NCBI GenBank assembly: GCA_030265395.1
Contig: JARFYF010000017.1
Coordinates: 27,371,701-27,435,700, forward strand
Direction of reading: 5' to 3'
Source of the DNA: Rhina ancylostomus
Lineage: Eukaryota
Length of the DNA stretch: 64,000 nt
Both the position numbers and the translations under genes were made by a program. Under the pieces are notes generated by a model that was not told the DNA's origin, made no database searches, and saw only the letters and a program-made list of their open reading frames with translations. Positions 25,361 through 38,039 of the stretch are shown piece by piece. Each line of letters begins with the position of its first letter. Positions within the stretch are counted from its first letter, which is position 1.

Positions 25361-25689
25361 GCCAGATTTTGCTGACAGGACCATCTCCTGACATGCCCTA
25401 TTACTTAAACTTGCTTGTGCACCTCCAGCCTGAACAAAATTTGTTCACAATATTGCTGGAATGCAAGCTGATAAAAGTGCAGTTTAGCAACAGGCCACCT
25501 CAGATTTTGCAAAACAATGGTACAAGTGGTGTGTCTCTTTAACCAAGGAGATTTAAGGATTAAGAAATAAATAGAAATGATGGAACAGGATAGAGGATGT
25601 CAATTAATTCAGATTTCATTCCTCTCTTTTTATTTACACCTTCTCCAGACATAACTTCTGTTACTCACTATTCTCTTCCACCCTCTTTC

Positions 25690-25955
25690 TGGTAGCCCCA
25701 CCACTAATTTTATCATTTATCTCTCATGGTTTCACACCCCACCACAAACCTTCTCTTTTGTTTTCTCCTGAGCTGCTTGCTGACTTGACTACATACAACT
25801 TGTTTTATTTCAAATATTTCTCAATTCTGAGGAAACATTTTGAGCTGAAACGTTGATTCTGTTTCGGTCTCCTGGGATGTTGCCTTACTTGCTGAGTGTT
25901 TCCAGTATTTTCTGCTTTTATTTCAGACTTCCAGAATCAGCTATATTTTGCTTTT
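25690..25955 (+). mobile_element. Penelope-type terminal repeat (elasmobranch gatgctgcc-tgctgag family)
   Basis: ctgaaacgttgattctg..gatgttgccttacttgctgagtgtttccagtattttctg..tttcagacttccag; the same motif recurs at 28060, 29480, 29950, 31860, 37805, 42470 and 46226. Confidence 0.65.
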
Positions 25956-26689
25956 GAATTTAATGTCAATACAGGTGCAGCAAGTGAAAAAAAACAGGAT
26001 ACAGAAAATTAGATGATGTGTGTAAGAAAAAATGGAATAGAACAAAAAATTACAGTAGCCATTTTTAAAATTTTAAACTTATAAATTTTAAAATCCTGTA
26101 AAAAAATTCACTTCTTGATCGAGGGAGATTTTACAGATAATTGTTCACTTTCTGGGTTCCAGAGTTTGATTGACAGTCATTAACAATTATGACATTGTTG
26201 AAAGGTTAAATACATTGTTCATTCCCACTGAAATTTCTGTAGCAAATTTAGTGGCCAATTAATATATAAATACAACAACATCAGAAAAATCATGTAGAGT
26301 ACAAATCAACTGGCAATTTAGTGACTAGAAATTCACGGCTTTTCTTTCCTCACCATGTTGCACATTAATGATGATGAATGCCATTATCGTTTCTGCAAAA
26401 TCCAGCCTCTTACTTTCTGACTTGAATTGCTTGTTTTTTTAATCAGCTCCAACACTGTAATTATAATGGAATTTAAGCTTAGTAGATCTGTAATTCTCCA
26501 AGTTATACTTTGTTCAAATTTTTAGGAATTGTAAATAGATCAACTATTTTCTGAACTTCTTGTATTCTTCTTACATTCAGTAAGCTCCACAGGGTTTCCA
26601 TTGCAGGAACCCTGAGACTGGCCTGAATGCATTAAGGTCTGGAACGTAATATGTGCTTTATAAATTTTCTACTATACTGCTCTTTAAGA

Positions 26690-26950
26690 AAGGTGAGATG
26701 TAAACCATGGAATTAGAGACAATGCAGCCTAAAATATGTTTTAGGGAAATTACTGGGATCTACAATTAAAAATTGAGTGACAGAACTCTGAAAATATTCA
26801 GCTGGTCAGAGAGATTTGCAAAGAATAGGTCATGCTTGATGAAACTGATTGAACTTTGTGGAGATGGGTAAAAGAATGAACAGAGGAATATCCATGGATG
26901 TTATTTAAATTGAGTTATAAAATACAGTTCACAAGGTCTCTCATAAATAA
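26690..26950 (+). mobile_element. CR1 RT fragment
   Basis: aggtcatgcttgatgaaactgattgaac resembles RSCLTNLIEF. Confidence 0.55.
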
Positions 26951-27399
26951 CTGAATCTCCTTCTGTGTTCCTACTTCAGGTTCTGAACGATGGCCACTGC
27001 TCTCTCAGATGTGCCTTCCACTATTTGAATTAATCTGATGATGAAAGGCATCATGTTCTTGTGTGGTTAAAAACTACAGATCCATCACACCACTAATCTG
27101 TTCTAATATTTCCTTTATTTGTTAACAAAATGAATTTATCCAAAATAGTTGATTTTTATTTCATCCAGTTTTTATTTTGATTTACTTTTATCAATTATTT
27201 CATATGTATAATTATCTTTTTAATTTTTGTTTGGTTTCTTTGGGGATCCACAAATTACCCTTTCTTTAATCAATTCAAATATTTTATTTTGTTGACACAA
27301 ATTACAATGTCTCTAGTTAATTGTTTCTCTCCAGGCTAATTGTAACATACTTATATTGCACAGGCTGAGATCAATACTCTCTTAACTTTTATGTACGAG

Positions 27400-27740
27400 A
27401 TTCCTATCACAGAGTTGTACAGTAGAGACCCGAGCCCTTTAACCCACCACATCTATGCTGAACCTTTTGCCCATTTACACTAATATCTCATTTGCCCACA
27501 TTAGGTCTGTAGCCTTCTATGACTTGCCTCTTCTGTTTCTGTTTCTGTATAAACGTCTGTTTAAATTTCTCTTAAATATAGTTGCGTGTCTCAGATATTG
27601 ACCATTTTCTGTGTAATAAGCTAATTCCTCAGATCCCCTTTAGAACTTCTACCTCTCACCTTGAAATTATGCCCTCGTGTTTTTGATGCATGGGGAGAAG
27701 ATCGCGTTTATCTACCATGTCTGATAATCTCATATAAACC
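27400..27740 (-). mobile_element. CR1 (HER1-like) 3' end
   Basis: Reverse-complement similarity to the CR1 tail at 52255-52590 (ctctcaccttgaaattatgccctc; gcccacattaggtctgtagccttctatg). Confidence 0.6.
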
Positions 27741-28059
27741 AACTCCACAATATCTCTAGCATTGTTGCTTGATAATTTTCCCATACAATATTATTTACAA
27801 CATATCCTCACAAATTCCTTTTTAATATTAAAATATGCTCTCCCAAGTTTAGCCCATACTTTTATCATCACTTCCTCTCACCTGCATCGGAATGCTAAAT
27901 CAGATCAACCAGTGACAATTGATAATTAAATGTTTCCCTGATTTCACCATGTTAAGATCATCGCTAACTATTCAATTCACTATAACCTCCACATTATCCT
28001 CCATGAACTTGCATTTTTTTTTGCCTCAGCATTGCATGTGTTTCTTAAGATACCTCATT

Positions 28060-28185
28060 TGAAAGATTATTGACTCAAAACATTAACTGTTTCTCTTTCT
28101 ACAGATGCTGCCTGGCCTGCTGAATACTTCCAGCACATCCTGTTTTAGTTAAGATTTCAGGTACCTGCATTATTTTCCTTTTCAA
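28060..28185 (+). mobile_element. Penelope-type terminal repeat
   Basis: aaacattaactgtttctctttctacagatgctgcctggcctgctgaatacttccagc. Confidence 0.65.
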
Positions 28186-28270
28186 AATATATTGCTATTC
28201 CTTCACTATCATTGGAGCTAAATCCCAGAACTCCCTTTATCTTCCCTAACAGTACTGTGTTGAATCAAAA

Positions 28271-28769
28271 TGTCACAATGTTGATCAAAGAGCAAGCTCA
28301 CAGAGAACCCAAATGCAGCACACCAATACAAGACTGAAGTCAGGATACTTCCTCTGGACAAACACAGGCAGTAACTGGAAGGAATCTTGCCTCGGCAATC
28401 TGAAGAGGAATCCCAACACAAACTGGATCTTTGAAAAGGAATAGACAACACAGGACTGTTCTAGAGTAGACCACTCTAAGCAACTAGGAGCCAAAGCATA
28501 CCCAAAGGTAGACCAATACTCTGGCAACTAGTGCGAGAGAAACCCAGGTACTTATGCTAGGCCCCTGATGGGGCTCAGGTGTGTGTCGTTATGNNNNNNN
28601 NNNNNNNNNNNNNNNNNNNNNNNNNNNNNNNNNNNNNNNNNNNNNNNNNNNNNNNNNNNNNNNNNNNNNNNNNNNNNNNNNNNNNNNNNNNNNCCAGCAT
28701 GGAATCCATGTGCTGGACAACAAGGCATTAAAGGAGCCAAATTGAGGGCCAGAACTCAGAACCATGATA
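28271..28769 (-). mobile_element. Solo LTR, copy 1 (5-bp TSD caaaa)
   Basis: Ends tgtcacaatg..ccatgata (tgaca in the other copies), flanked by caaaa at 28266-28270 and 28770-28774; near-identical to the copies at 35927 and 58413; strand inferred from a TATA-like cataagtacc. Confidence 0.9.
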
Positions 28770-29479
28770 CAAAAACCATCACTTTCTCAAGAGCAGTTAC
28801 AGAAGCCTTAAATGCTGACCTTACCAGTAACAGCCACATCTTACATAAAACTACAAAATCTCTGTCTATTTTTATGTAATTCATTAGCCCAGTGACCTCC
28901 AAAGTTACTATGGTTTTGGCAAAGGCCTTCACAACTGCAAAGGATTCATTTCGTACCTCCAGATACTCCCTGCCTCTATTTTGATTGCTAATCAACTTCA
29001 CCAGTTGTGTTACTGTTAATATGTTTTAAGACAATCTTCAGGTTTCCTTTAGCATCGGTCATAATTTATTCTCTTATTGTCTCTTTACCCTTTCTATTTC
29101 ACTTTCCCTTTTCATTTCTCCTCTGTACTTCCTATGATTAGCTGATCTTTCCTGTACTATCATAATGACATCCATTACTTCCTCCTTTATTCTACTTTAT
29201 CAATCTCTTTAACTAGTTTGTCATCAGGAGCTTTACTTTTGTACACTCTTTTTCTCCCTTGTCAGACCTTCCCTAATCGTACCCAAACCCTTCCCTTTTT
29301 GAAGGGTCGTTCCAACCCTTTTACCTCCCTGCTTGTCAATCTTTCAGTCATTCCAATTTAACTGGACTGGATTTATCTGCAATTCATTGAAACTGCTCAT
29401 CCTCCAGTTAACATTCTTATTTCAGATTGCTCCATATCATCTCAATAACTAATTCCAACCTCATGATTCCTTAATTGTT

Positions 29480-29550
29480 ATAAAAATAAAAAATGCTGGA
29501 AAAACTCAACAGGTCTGGAAGCATCTGTGGAAAGAGAAACAGTCAACATT
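29480..29550 (-). mobile_element. Penelope-type terminal repeat fragment
   Basis: aaatgctggaaaaactcaacaggtctggaagcatctgtggaaagagaaacag is the reverse complement of the family motif. Confidence 0.6.
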
Positions 29551-29949
29551 AATTTTTAAACTGTAATTTTTATTCTTGAGCTTCGGCATTCTTTATTTAA
29601 CCAATTTCATTTCACAGGACTATATAGTATCTAGCAATGCCTCCTTACACATTGAGCACAAAGTATTCTGTCAAGAAACTTCTACGAGATACACAACTGA
29701 GAATCCTCCTCACTACTCCTTTCATTACTGGGGTAGTGAATTTCCACTTCCTTTTTCTGTTTCTCAAGAGAAAAGGCGGGATCTGGAAAGGCTGGTTATC
29801 AGAAATTGTTAAATTTATTGCTGAATCATGAAGGCAGTAGCTCATCATAAAATAAGACATAGCTGTATCTTGTGGTCCCAACATTATCTTTTATTCTCTT
29901 TTCTCTGTCTTCACTTATCTCTTTCTATTTGCGTCTCCTGCAGACCCCT

Positions 29950-30200
29950 CATTTGCAATGAACAGGCCTTCAGTGCCCTCTCAACTAGCACTGCCACCAT
30001 ATGCATCATTCAATCTCTCTTGGTCTCCACCCTATCATATATATTCCATTTGTTCTCTCCATCACTCTTTTTCTCTGCAACTTTAAACTTGTTTAATTTT
30101 CTAATTGTTCTCAGTTCTGATGTAAGATCATCATGCTGAAGCATTAACTCTATTTCACTTTTCACAGATGTTGAATATTTTCAATACTGTCTTTTTTTAT
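29950..30200 (+). mobile_element. Penelope-type terminal repeat
   Basis: ctctgcaactttaaac..cagttctgatgtaagatcatcatgctgaagcattaactc..cacagatg. Confidence 0.55.
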
Positions 30201-31859
30201 TATAAAATCTGAGTCCATGCTACTGATATTTGATGAGAACTTAGCTATCTTTTATAAAAAAAACATAATTCTAATTCTTATACTTGTCCACAGGTTAAGA
30301 ATTTTAGCTTGAATGCGAAATGTGACAGTGGTGAAACAGCATACTTTAAGAATTCCTGGTGATCCCATAGTTAACACNNNNNNNNNNNNNNNNNNNNNNN
30401 NNNNNNNNNNNNNNCAGGGGTTTGCATACCATCCTAGCACCCTCAAGAATTTAAATGTGGGAGAGAATTGACTAGAAAATTAAATATGGAGTTCTATTGT
30501 ATCATAGTTTAAAATTCAATGATTCGGTATAATATTATTCTTCTGTTTAAATGTATGCATTCACCTTCTCAATAGTCTTCTAATACTGTAAGTCTGTCAT
30601 ATTTCATTGTGATAATACTGCAGGATGTTCAAGATTAGACTTTTTTGGTCTTTTAAAAAAAACGAATACAAAGTAATATTCATTTTCCATAAATCCAATA
30701 TTCTCCAAAATGATATTATAAAGTATCTATTATATCTTTAAGCATTCCCATTTCCCATTTCTGCCCTTTTCAGAAGCTAAATTATGTGCATTAGTACATA
30801 AATGAGCTAATGCCTGCCTGTATTTAGAAGACTGCATGCCATGAATATATTCTCTGCATCAAGTAGTAATTGGTAATTACAATGGTCATTTAGACAATCA
30901 CTGTCCCTGGTAGATTCATGTCATTCTTAAAAATAACTAGCTCTTAACCTTTGACAGAATTCTTCAGAAACTGTTCATCATCGCCCACACTTTGATTAAT
31001 TCACATACATGCAAACCTGTATCAATATAACAGGCTGTTTCAAATTTGTTAACCACAGCAATTTGCTATGCTCATCAAAACAATTTAACATCAGGTAAGG
31101 TTGTTGTACAAATCTCATTAATTTTATTTTATAAAACATTTGAGACCATTGTATAAGTAACTAGAAAACACACAACAAAGAGCATTTTGATTTTAAAGTT
31201 TGCAAGTTTTATCCTGCTACTTTGATGTATGCAGCCTGTAATGAGCAGTATGGTTTGAGGCAACTATCTGTGAGAGACGGCATACAAACATGACATCTTT
31301 TAAAATTATCTCCTTGAGTTAATGAAATTTTGATGACATACCTCAAGCCATAGCTCAGTAAAACAACCATAAAGGTAAAAAGTAGATGGCACAAGAGATG
31401 GAAAAGATTCCTTCAGACATTAACCCCAGGTAAATCTTGACTCATTTGTAAACCTAATAATAATAGCTACAGTGTGATGAAGCTAAATTGAATCCTACTG
31501 GCAAGATATATGGGGATCTTGGGGCATGATTAACCCATGATCATTTAACCCAGTGCAGGCCACATGAAATATTAGTGCTATGACCTCATTTTCAGTATAT
31601 TGGTGATCAGACAGCTGTAACCATATGGCTGTCAGCCTCAGTAGTGTGGGGATCAATTTCAAGAGAGGCATACTGAAGTTCAAGCTAACCAATGACTCTC
31701 CAACCTTAGAAATCTCACACTTCCTTTCTGTCTGTACCAGACCATTTCTATCAGTCATCCATTTGTGATTTCGGTTCAACTTTTCTTCTATTAGTATAGC
31801 CATGTCCCACAACCTTGTCATTAGCAACATATCACAGAAACTGAATCGTAAAATGATTC

Positions 31860-32050
31860 TAACTGTCACATTAACTCACTCAATCAGAGATATTTCCTTT
31901 GCACTACCTGTATCTCTCTCATCTTCTCTGCTACTGAAATTTAACTTGTTTTCTTTCTTTCCCTACTCTGACAAATATTACCTGTCTTTCTTGATCTACA
32001 GGGGGAGCCTGACCTGCTGAGTGTTTCCAGAATTTTCTGCTTTTATTAGA
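31860..32050 (+). mobile_element. Penelope-type terminal repeat
   Basis: gcctgacctgctgagtgtttccagaattttctgcttttatt. Confidence 0.55.
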
Positions 32051-32204
32051 GATGTTGATGGATGGGGTGGAGAGCTTGAGGAGGGTCCTCTATAGAAACA
32101 GCAGGGCTGGAAGTCATCTGGGTCCAAAGTCAAGCAGCAAGTAGATGGAGGATGAACCCAATGACTCAAGCCCCAAATGTCCCAAGCATGAGTGGATAAT
32201 TGGA

Positions 32205-33050
32205 ACATAGAACAAGTCCTTCAGCCCACTTTGTCCGTGCCGAACATGAAACCAATCTGAACTAGTCCCACCAGCCTGCATATGGGTCCATATCCCTCTA
32301 TTCCTGCCTATTCATAGGTCTGTCTAAAGGCCTATTAAACATGCTATTGTTTCTGCTTCCACCACCTTCCCCACCAGGTTGTCGCCTCAGCCTCTGATAC
32401 TCCAGAGAAAACAATCCAAGTTTGTCCAACCTCTCCTTATAGCCAATACCCACCAATCCAACCAACATACTGGTGAACCTCTTCTGCACCCTCTCCAAGG
32501 CCTCCAAACCCTTCCAAAAGTGTGGCAACAAGAACTGCATACAATACTCAAAATGTGACTTAACAAACATTTTATATAGCTGCAACATGACTTCCCTACT
32601 TTTAAACTCCATCCCCTAACCAATGAAGGCAAGCGTGCCATACGCCTTCTTTACCACCCGATCCACTTGTGTTACCACATTCAGGGAGTGTTTGCACCCC
32701 AAGATCCCTCTGCACATCAGCATTCTTCAGAATCCTGCCACTTACTGTATACCTCTTGCATTTCACTTTGCAAAATGCATTACCTCACACTTGTCTGGAT
32801 GAACTTCCATTGACCATTTGTCTGCCCAAATTTCTAACTGATCTATATCCTGCTGTATCCTTGGACAACCTTCCTCGTTATCCACAACTCCAACAGTTTT
32901 TGTGTCATCTACAAACTTAATCAGACCACCTCCATTTTCATCCAATATATATATACATCACAAGCACAGAGGTCTCAGTACTGATCCTTGCAGAACANNN
33001 NNNNNNNCACTGGTCACAAACCACCGGTCAGAGTAACAACCCTTTGTCAT
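32205..33050 (-). mobile_element. CR1 LINE 3' part (RT C-terminal half and tail)
   Basis: VLQGSVLRPL, KFVDDTK, WSMEVHPDKCEVMHF, SREVMLQLYK..LEALERVQKRFTSML, LDKLGLFSLE in the ORF track. Confidence 0.92.
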
Positions 33051-33119
33051 TACCCTAGAAGAAGCTTTATAAGGTACCTTCAGAACCCATGTCCCACCAA
33101 ATACACCACCAATCTCAAA

Positions 33120-33402
33120 CCTTACACAAAACACTTTACAGCACCAGTGACCTGGGTTCAATCCAGCTGCTGTCCGTAAAGAGTCCGTAAGTTCTCCCTG
33201 CAGCTGCAATGGGTTTCCTCCGGGTGCTCCGGTTTCCTCCCACATTCCAAAGGCATACAGGTTAGGAAGTTGTGGGTATGATGTGTTGGCACCGGAAGCG
33301 TGGTGACACTTGCAGGCTGCCCCCAGAACACTCTATGCAAAAAGATGAATTTCACTGTGTGTTTCAATGTACATGTCACTAATAAAGATATCTTATCTTA
33401 TC
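33120..33402 (+). mobile_element. tRNA-derived V-SINE
   Basis: B-box gggttcaatcc, V-domain gggtttcctccgggtgctccggtttcctcccacattccaaag, tail aataaagatatcttatcttatc. Confidence 0.85.
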
Positions 33403-33599
33403 CACTGTTACTAACCACCCACAACCTCCATCAGCCTGCCCTCAGATAAAACATTCATATGCCCTTACACACTTACCACTACCTTAAGCCTCCCATCCAA
33501 NNNNNNNNNNCCCATCCAAATCCCACAGCTCCCAGGTATTCAACCAGCGCACACACATTATCCAAGCACATTCAAAGAAACTTATTAACTCAGCATCCT

Positions 33600-34480
33600 C
33601 ACTGTTGCAAGACAAAGTGGCACAGAATTAGCAACTGCAGCAGAAGAGTGGAAGGTGACACGGACCTCCAGTACCCAGCTCCCCTCCTGGAAGTGAGAGT
33701 GCTGGTAATGTACAGGTGTGGTCTAGCACTGATATAGTGGAAGTAGAAAATTACAAAATTCACATCTAATCCTCCTACTCACATTCCACTTCTATGTCCC
33801 CTTCATCACATAATCACTTCTGACCCACTAGCAGTGGGTGGTGTCTGTATGTGCCTCCCTATTCCTGCCCTCTTGCCACAGCTTAGTCCTTTGCTCCTTT
33901 CAGCAAGCTGAGAACTCTCAAACAGAACAAAAGCAAGGAAAAAAATCACTGTCCCCCACTGACACTTCCACCAGCTCCACACTGGAACTGTGAGTATTGC
34001 AGTAACTGGTCCTGAGGCAGGACTTACAATTGGAGTCGGTGTGCATGAAAGGCCTACAACCTGGGCAGGATGGGTGCTAGCTCCACAGATATTGTTGGAC
34101 ACTAGTTCTGTTACAAAGACCCATATGAGGACTTTGGTGGGGCTGCCAACAGAAGGCGGCTCATGATCAACAAAAAGGCTAAGGACATTGGCAGACCTAG
34201 CTGAAAGCAGGCATGAAATCTCAAAGAGTCTGTGGGAATCCAGCTACGGGCTTGCACACTGTGTTGCATAGAGCCTGAAGATCACCTCCTGCCAGGTGGC
34301 CAGCTCCAGTGTTCTCCCAACCATCAGAGCCAACAACACAACATCTGATTGTCAACATTCCAGCTTCCACTGCAGTGGAAACAGGTCCTCAAACACCTTA
34401 GTGCCATAGGGAAAGCTCAAATATCTTCAGTTTCAGTGTTTAATGCTGATTTAAGAGCTTATTCAGAACCCAAATGGCCC
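33600..34480 (+). mobile_element. Possible Harbinger Myb/SANT partner-gene remnant
   Basis: Acceptor-like ttgcaAG followed by ACAAAGTGGCACAGAAT (KVAQN, cf. KxAHN..TGGG after the Myb/SANT domain); same motif at about 52735-52752 on the minus strand; faces the transposase fossil. Confidence 0.45.
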
Positions 34481-34979
34481 CCTACAGATGACCAGGGTTA
34501 GCCAGCTCTGTGTGATATGAATCTGCTGTTCTTGCTCAAGAGAACCACATTTGTACCCCTTTGCTGCTTCCCTGCTGCTGCCTTGCTATTGCCTGTTAGT
34601 CAGCCAGTTTAAAGCATTGGAAATCATGACAGTAGAAGTGACCTTCTCACCTTCTTGGCATTGTGCTGCTCACACCCCTGATCCTCAGTGTAAATGAATA
34701 GTCTTTCACCAGCCATGCCACACTGAGCAGCACGGTGGGGCACTCTACCAGGCAAATGACAAATAAAAGATAAGGGAATGCACAATAGGGATTATTTCTG
34801 TTTTTTTCATTTTTGGAAATATACATATGGAAAGCAGATGAGGTGTGTTTTTGCATTCTCTGATTTTGTTCTGGAGAATGAAGATATGATTATCGACAAA
34901 ACAAGGGCAAGGTTGGAAGTAATGGAATGGGAAACTGGGAGCTTGTTCATTGGAATGACCTCTGGCTGCTCACCCAGAA

Positions 34980-35926
34980 AGGAGCTCACAAACTGTCCTT
35001 GTCCCTTCTTCCTTCATCCCTCACTCGTCCTCCTCCTCCTCCTGCCTCGCTGAGCTGAAACTATTGTCAGGTTGTGGAACATGCTACAAACATGAGACTG
35101 ATAAAAGATGTGCCTGTCTCTGGCATGTACCCACAGTGTTTCAACAGCAACCAAGACAATAAAGGCTATGTTTGAAGCCGACTATCCTTTGACTCTTTTG
35201 TAAGTGGCAGCATTCTCTCACAGCATCCTCCCATTGTGCATAATTCCACTCTGGAACTGTGCTCCGAGTCTATATGGCTCACACTAGTCAAGTTCTCCTG
35301 TTCTACATCACTCCAACATTGCGAGCATTGGGGGATTATGTGCAACTCCAAACTGGATGCATTTCATTTATGGTGGGACTGCAGACTGGGAGAGTTTGCT
35401 GTGTTATGTCACTCAGGACCCAAGTGATAGAGGATGACCCTTGTCCCATAGTAAAACAACTGTCCATTCACCCGATGATGTCTTGACCTGGAAGCTGAAA
35501 TATGGGAGCACAGTAGGTTGTTGCTAAAGGAAACTATGGTATAAATTCCCTTGGTATAGGACACTGGTCATTAATATATTCTACAAATGGTTGGAAATTA
35601 GCTGTAATCTGAATAAGTGGCAGCCTTTGTGGTCTGTAGTAACTGATTCCTGTGCTGAGCCCTCAAGTCCTATCAATAACAATGACCACTGGCAAACCCA
35701 TATGTATTCACTGCCAGCTCTCTCTGCCAAGGCAAGAGGAGATGAATTTGTCTCTCTTCATGTAAAAAAAACCCTCTAATACAGTTGTGATCTTCAACAA
35801 GATATTGCTTATGTCCCTGGCAAAAGCTCAAATGAACCATTGGCAAAGCCATTCACAGAAACAGTCACCTGACCAGGCAGTGGCATTGCTGTCCTCACGC
35901 TGCTCTGCAGCTGCAGTTACAACATG
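34980..35926 (-). mobile_element. PIF/Harbinger (HARBI1-like) transposase fossil
   Basis: Minus strand in order: AMPLPGQVT, GFANGSF (cf. FATGSFQ), LVxxH (cf. QLVCDH), VCSMFHN (cf. CCxLHN), then an acidic gag-repeat tail. Confidence 0.65.
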
Positions 35927-36213
35927 TGTTACAATGTTGATCTGAGCAAACTCACAGAGAACTCAAATGCGGCACACTGATACAAGACTGGAGTCAGGAT
36001 ACTTCCTCAGGACAAACACAGGCAGTAACTGGAAGGAATCNNNNNNNNNNNNNNNNNNNNNNNNNNNNNNNNNNNNNNNNNNNNNNNNNNNNNNNNNNNN
36101 NNNNNNNNNNNNNNNNNNNNNNNNNNNNNNNNNNNNNNNNGCATGGAATCCATGTGCTGGACAACAAGGCATTAATGGAGCCAAATTGAGGACCAGAACT
36201 CAGAACCATGACA
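35927..36213 (-). mobile_element. Solo LTR, copy 2 (5-bp TSD acatg)
   Basis: tgttacaatg..ccatgaca flanked by acatg at 35922-35926 and 36214-36218; central N gap. Confidence 0.9.
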
Positions 36214-36469
36214 ACATGACAGATCTTAGGTCAACCTCCTCACTGAAGGAGTGTTTCAACAGGCATCACTGAGTTGCTTTTAGGAGGGGAGCTCGCTCAG
36301 CAGCCTTTGGAATAGGGCTTCATCCTCATTTCTTTTGATCCCCTCCTATGCCTTCTTCCATCAGCATGCCCTACTCTGTGGATCTTCTGTTCATTTTCCC
36401 TATCATGCTAAGAGTAAATAGTAGAGAACAGTAATTGGAGTGGCATAAATGTACCAATATCTGGCAGCT

Positions 36470-37110
36470 AAAAAAAAGTGACCAAGATTAAACTGCATGG
36501 ATTAAAAGCGGCAATGGCAACATGATAAAGAAATTGGTTTAGTGACAGAGAACAGAGACTTGCGATAAAATGTTAGTTTGCAGACTGGAAGGAGGTAGAT
36601 AGTGGTGCTTCCTAGTGGTAGGTGTTGCTTTGGATATGTATTAATGACAATTGAGAAGGGTGTGAATGGTAGGATTTGAAATCTGTGGATGACACAATGT
36701 TTGGCAGTAAGATAAACAGTGACAAGGGTGGTAGTAGATTTCAAGAGGGCCTAGATGTTGGAATGGGCAAAATGTGACAGATGAAATTTAATCCAGAGAA
36801 GTGGAAGATAATACATTTTGGTTGGTAGACTCAGGAGAGACAATTGTACTTCTGTGAAGGGGATGCAGGGACCTCAGTGAAGCTTTGAAAGTGCAGTGCA
36901 GGTTGAGAGAGTCATTACTAACACATATGGGATCCTGGACTTTATAAATAGAGGCTCTGAATACATCAGCAAGAAGGTATAGACCTCTGGATAAACTACA
37001 GTGTGAGTATTGTATATTATTGTATGTAATTTCTGGTCACCACATTTTATGAAAAATGGAAGGTCCTGAGAATGCTGCAGAAAATGTTTCCTACAATGGT
37101 TCGAACAATA
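36470..37110 (+). mobile_element. CR1 RT fragment
   Basis: aaatctgtggatgacacaatg (KxxDDT), atgaaatttaatccagagaagtgg, gggatcctggactttataaatagagg, ttctggtcaccacat. Confidence 0.8.
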
Positions 37111-37149
37111 CATATTTCAGTTAGGGATCACCCAGATCTTCAGGGATGT

Positions 37150-37400
37150 CAAGGTAGAGTTTGTATGTTCTCCCTATGACTATAGGGGTTTTCTCTGGGT
37201 GCTCCAGTTTCCTCCCACATCAAAGAGATGTGGGTCAGTATGTTAACTGGCCACTATATGTAAGTGAGTGGTAGAATCTGAGGGGAGTTGATGGGAATGA
37301 GAAGAGAATAAAATTAGTGTAGAATTAGTGTAAATGGGTGATTGAAGGTTGGCATGGACTCAATAGGATGAAGGGCCCGTTTTCATACTGTGTGATTCTA
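37150..37400 (+). mobile_element. HE1-like V-SINE
   Basis: gagtttgtatgttctccc..gggttttctctgggtgctccagtttcctcccacat with a CR1-derived tail ggcatggactc..gaagggcc. Confidence 0.75.
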
Positions 37401-37536
37401 TGGGAATCTATGGTTTATGGTATATTTGTATGTAAATGTGAAACAAGTTAGATACACGCGAATTAATATTGTTAGTCTTCAGTAAAGTTAGCACATGCTC
37501 TGGTGTCTCCAAGAGATTATTTAGTGCAGTACTTAC

Positions 37537-37582
37537 CAGCTTTACAATTCTGGCTGACAAACCACCTCCCAAAACAGTACAA
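37537..37582 (-). CDS. Candidate alternative exon (46 nt; phase 2 to 0 CTVLGGGLSARIVKL, or 0 to 1 LYCFGRWFVSQNCKA)
   Basis: Acceptor tatccttgttgccAG, donor CTG|GTAAGT; splice signals and open frame only. Confidence 0.3.
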
Positions 37583-37804
37583 CTGGCAACAAGGATAGTC
37601 AATAAAATCAAGACATATCAGATCTAAAGATAAAGTAAAAGATATTTTGCAGAACCTGCTGAAGATCAGTGATCAATGGCTCTAAACACTGAAGCTAAAA
37701 TCTGGACTCAGGGAAGATAAAGTGGCTGAGACATTGATGATTTCTTGTTTGCACAGTGAATCAGTAAATCTGTATTCAGCAGTCAAGCAGTGGTCATTAA
37801 AAAT

Positions 37805-37970
37805 GTGCAAAAAAAAGCACAAATAGCTGGAAGAACTCAATGGGTTAGGCAGCCTCTGTGGATGGTCAAAGGGATGGTCGATATTTTGGATCGAGACCCT
37901 GCTTTAGGACTGAATTCCTCAGCAGTTTGTTTTACGCTCCAGATTGCAGCATTTGCAGTCTCTTGTATCA
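37805..37970. mobile_element. Foldback arrangement of the Penelope-type repeat
   Basis: Left arm gctggaagaactca..ggcagcctctgtgg is the reverse-orientation motif; right arm ctgaattcctcagcag..ccagattgcagcatttgcagtc is the forward motif. Confidence 0.55.
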
Positions 37971-38039
37971 GTAATTAAAAAGGCAGTGGTTGTCAATTGT
38001 GAGATACAGAGAGACATAGACAACTGAAGAAAATAGTGG

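Noticed and set aside
31340-31410. Phase 2-2 open segment NLFHLLCHLLFTFMVVLLSYGL with donor GTATGT
   Set aside because: Acceptor lacks a pyrimidine tract; the hydrophobicity follows from T-rich DNA
33120-33200. tRNA-like B-box
   Set aside because: Head of a SINE; no complete cloverleaf
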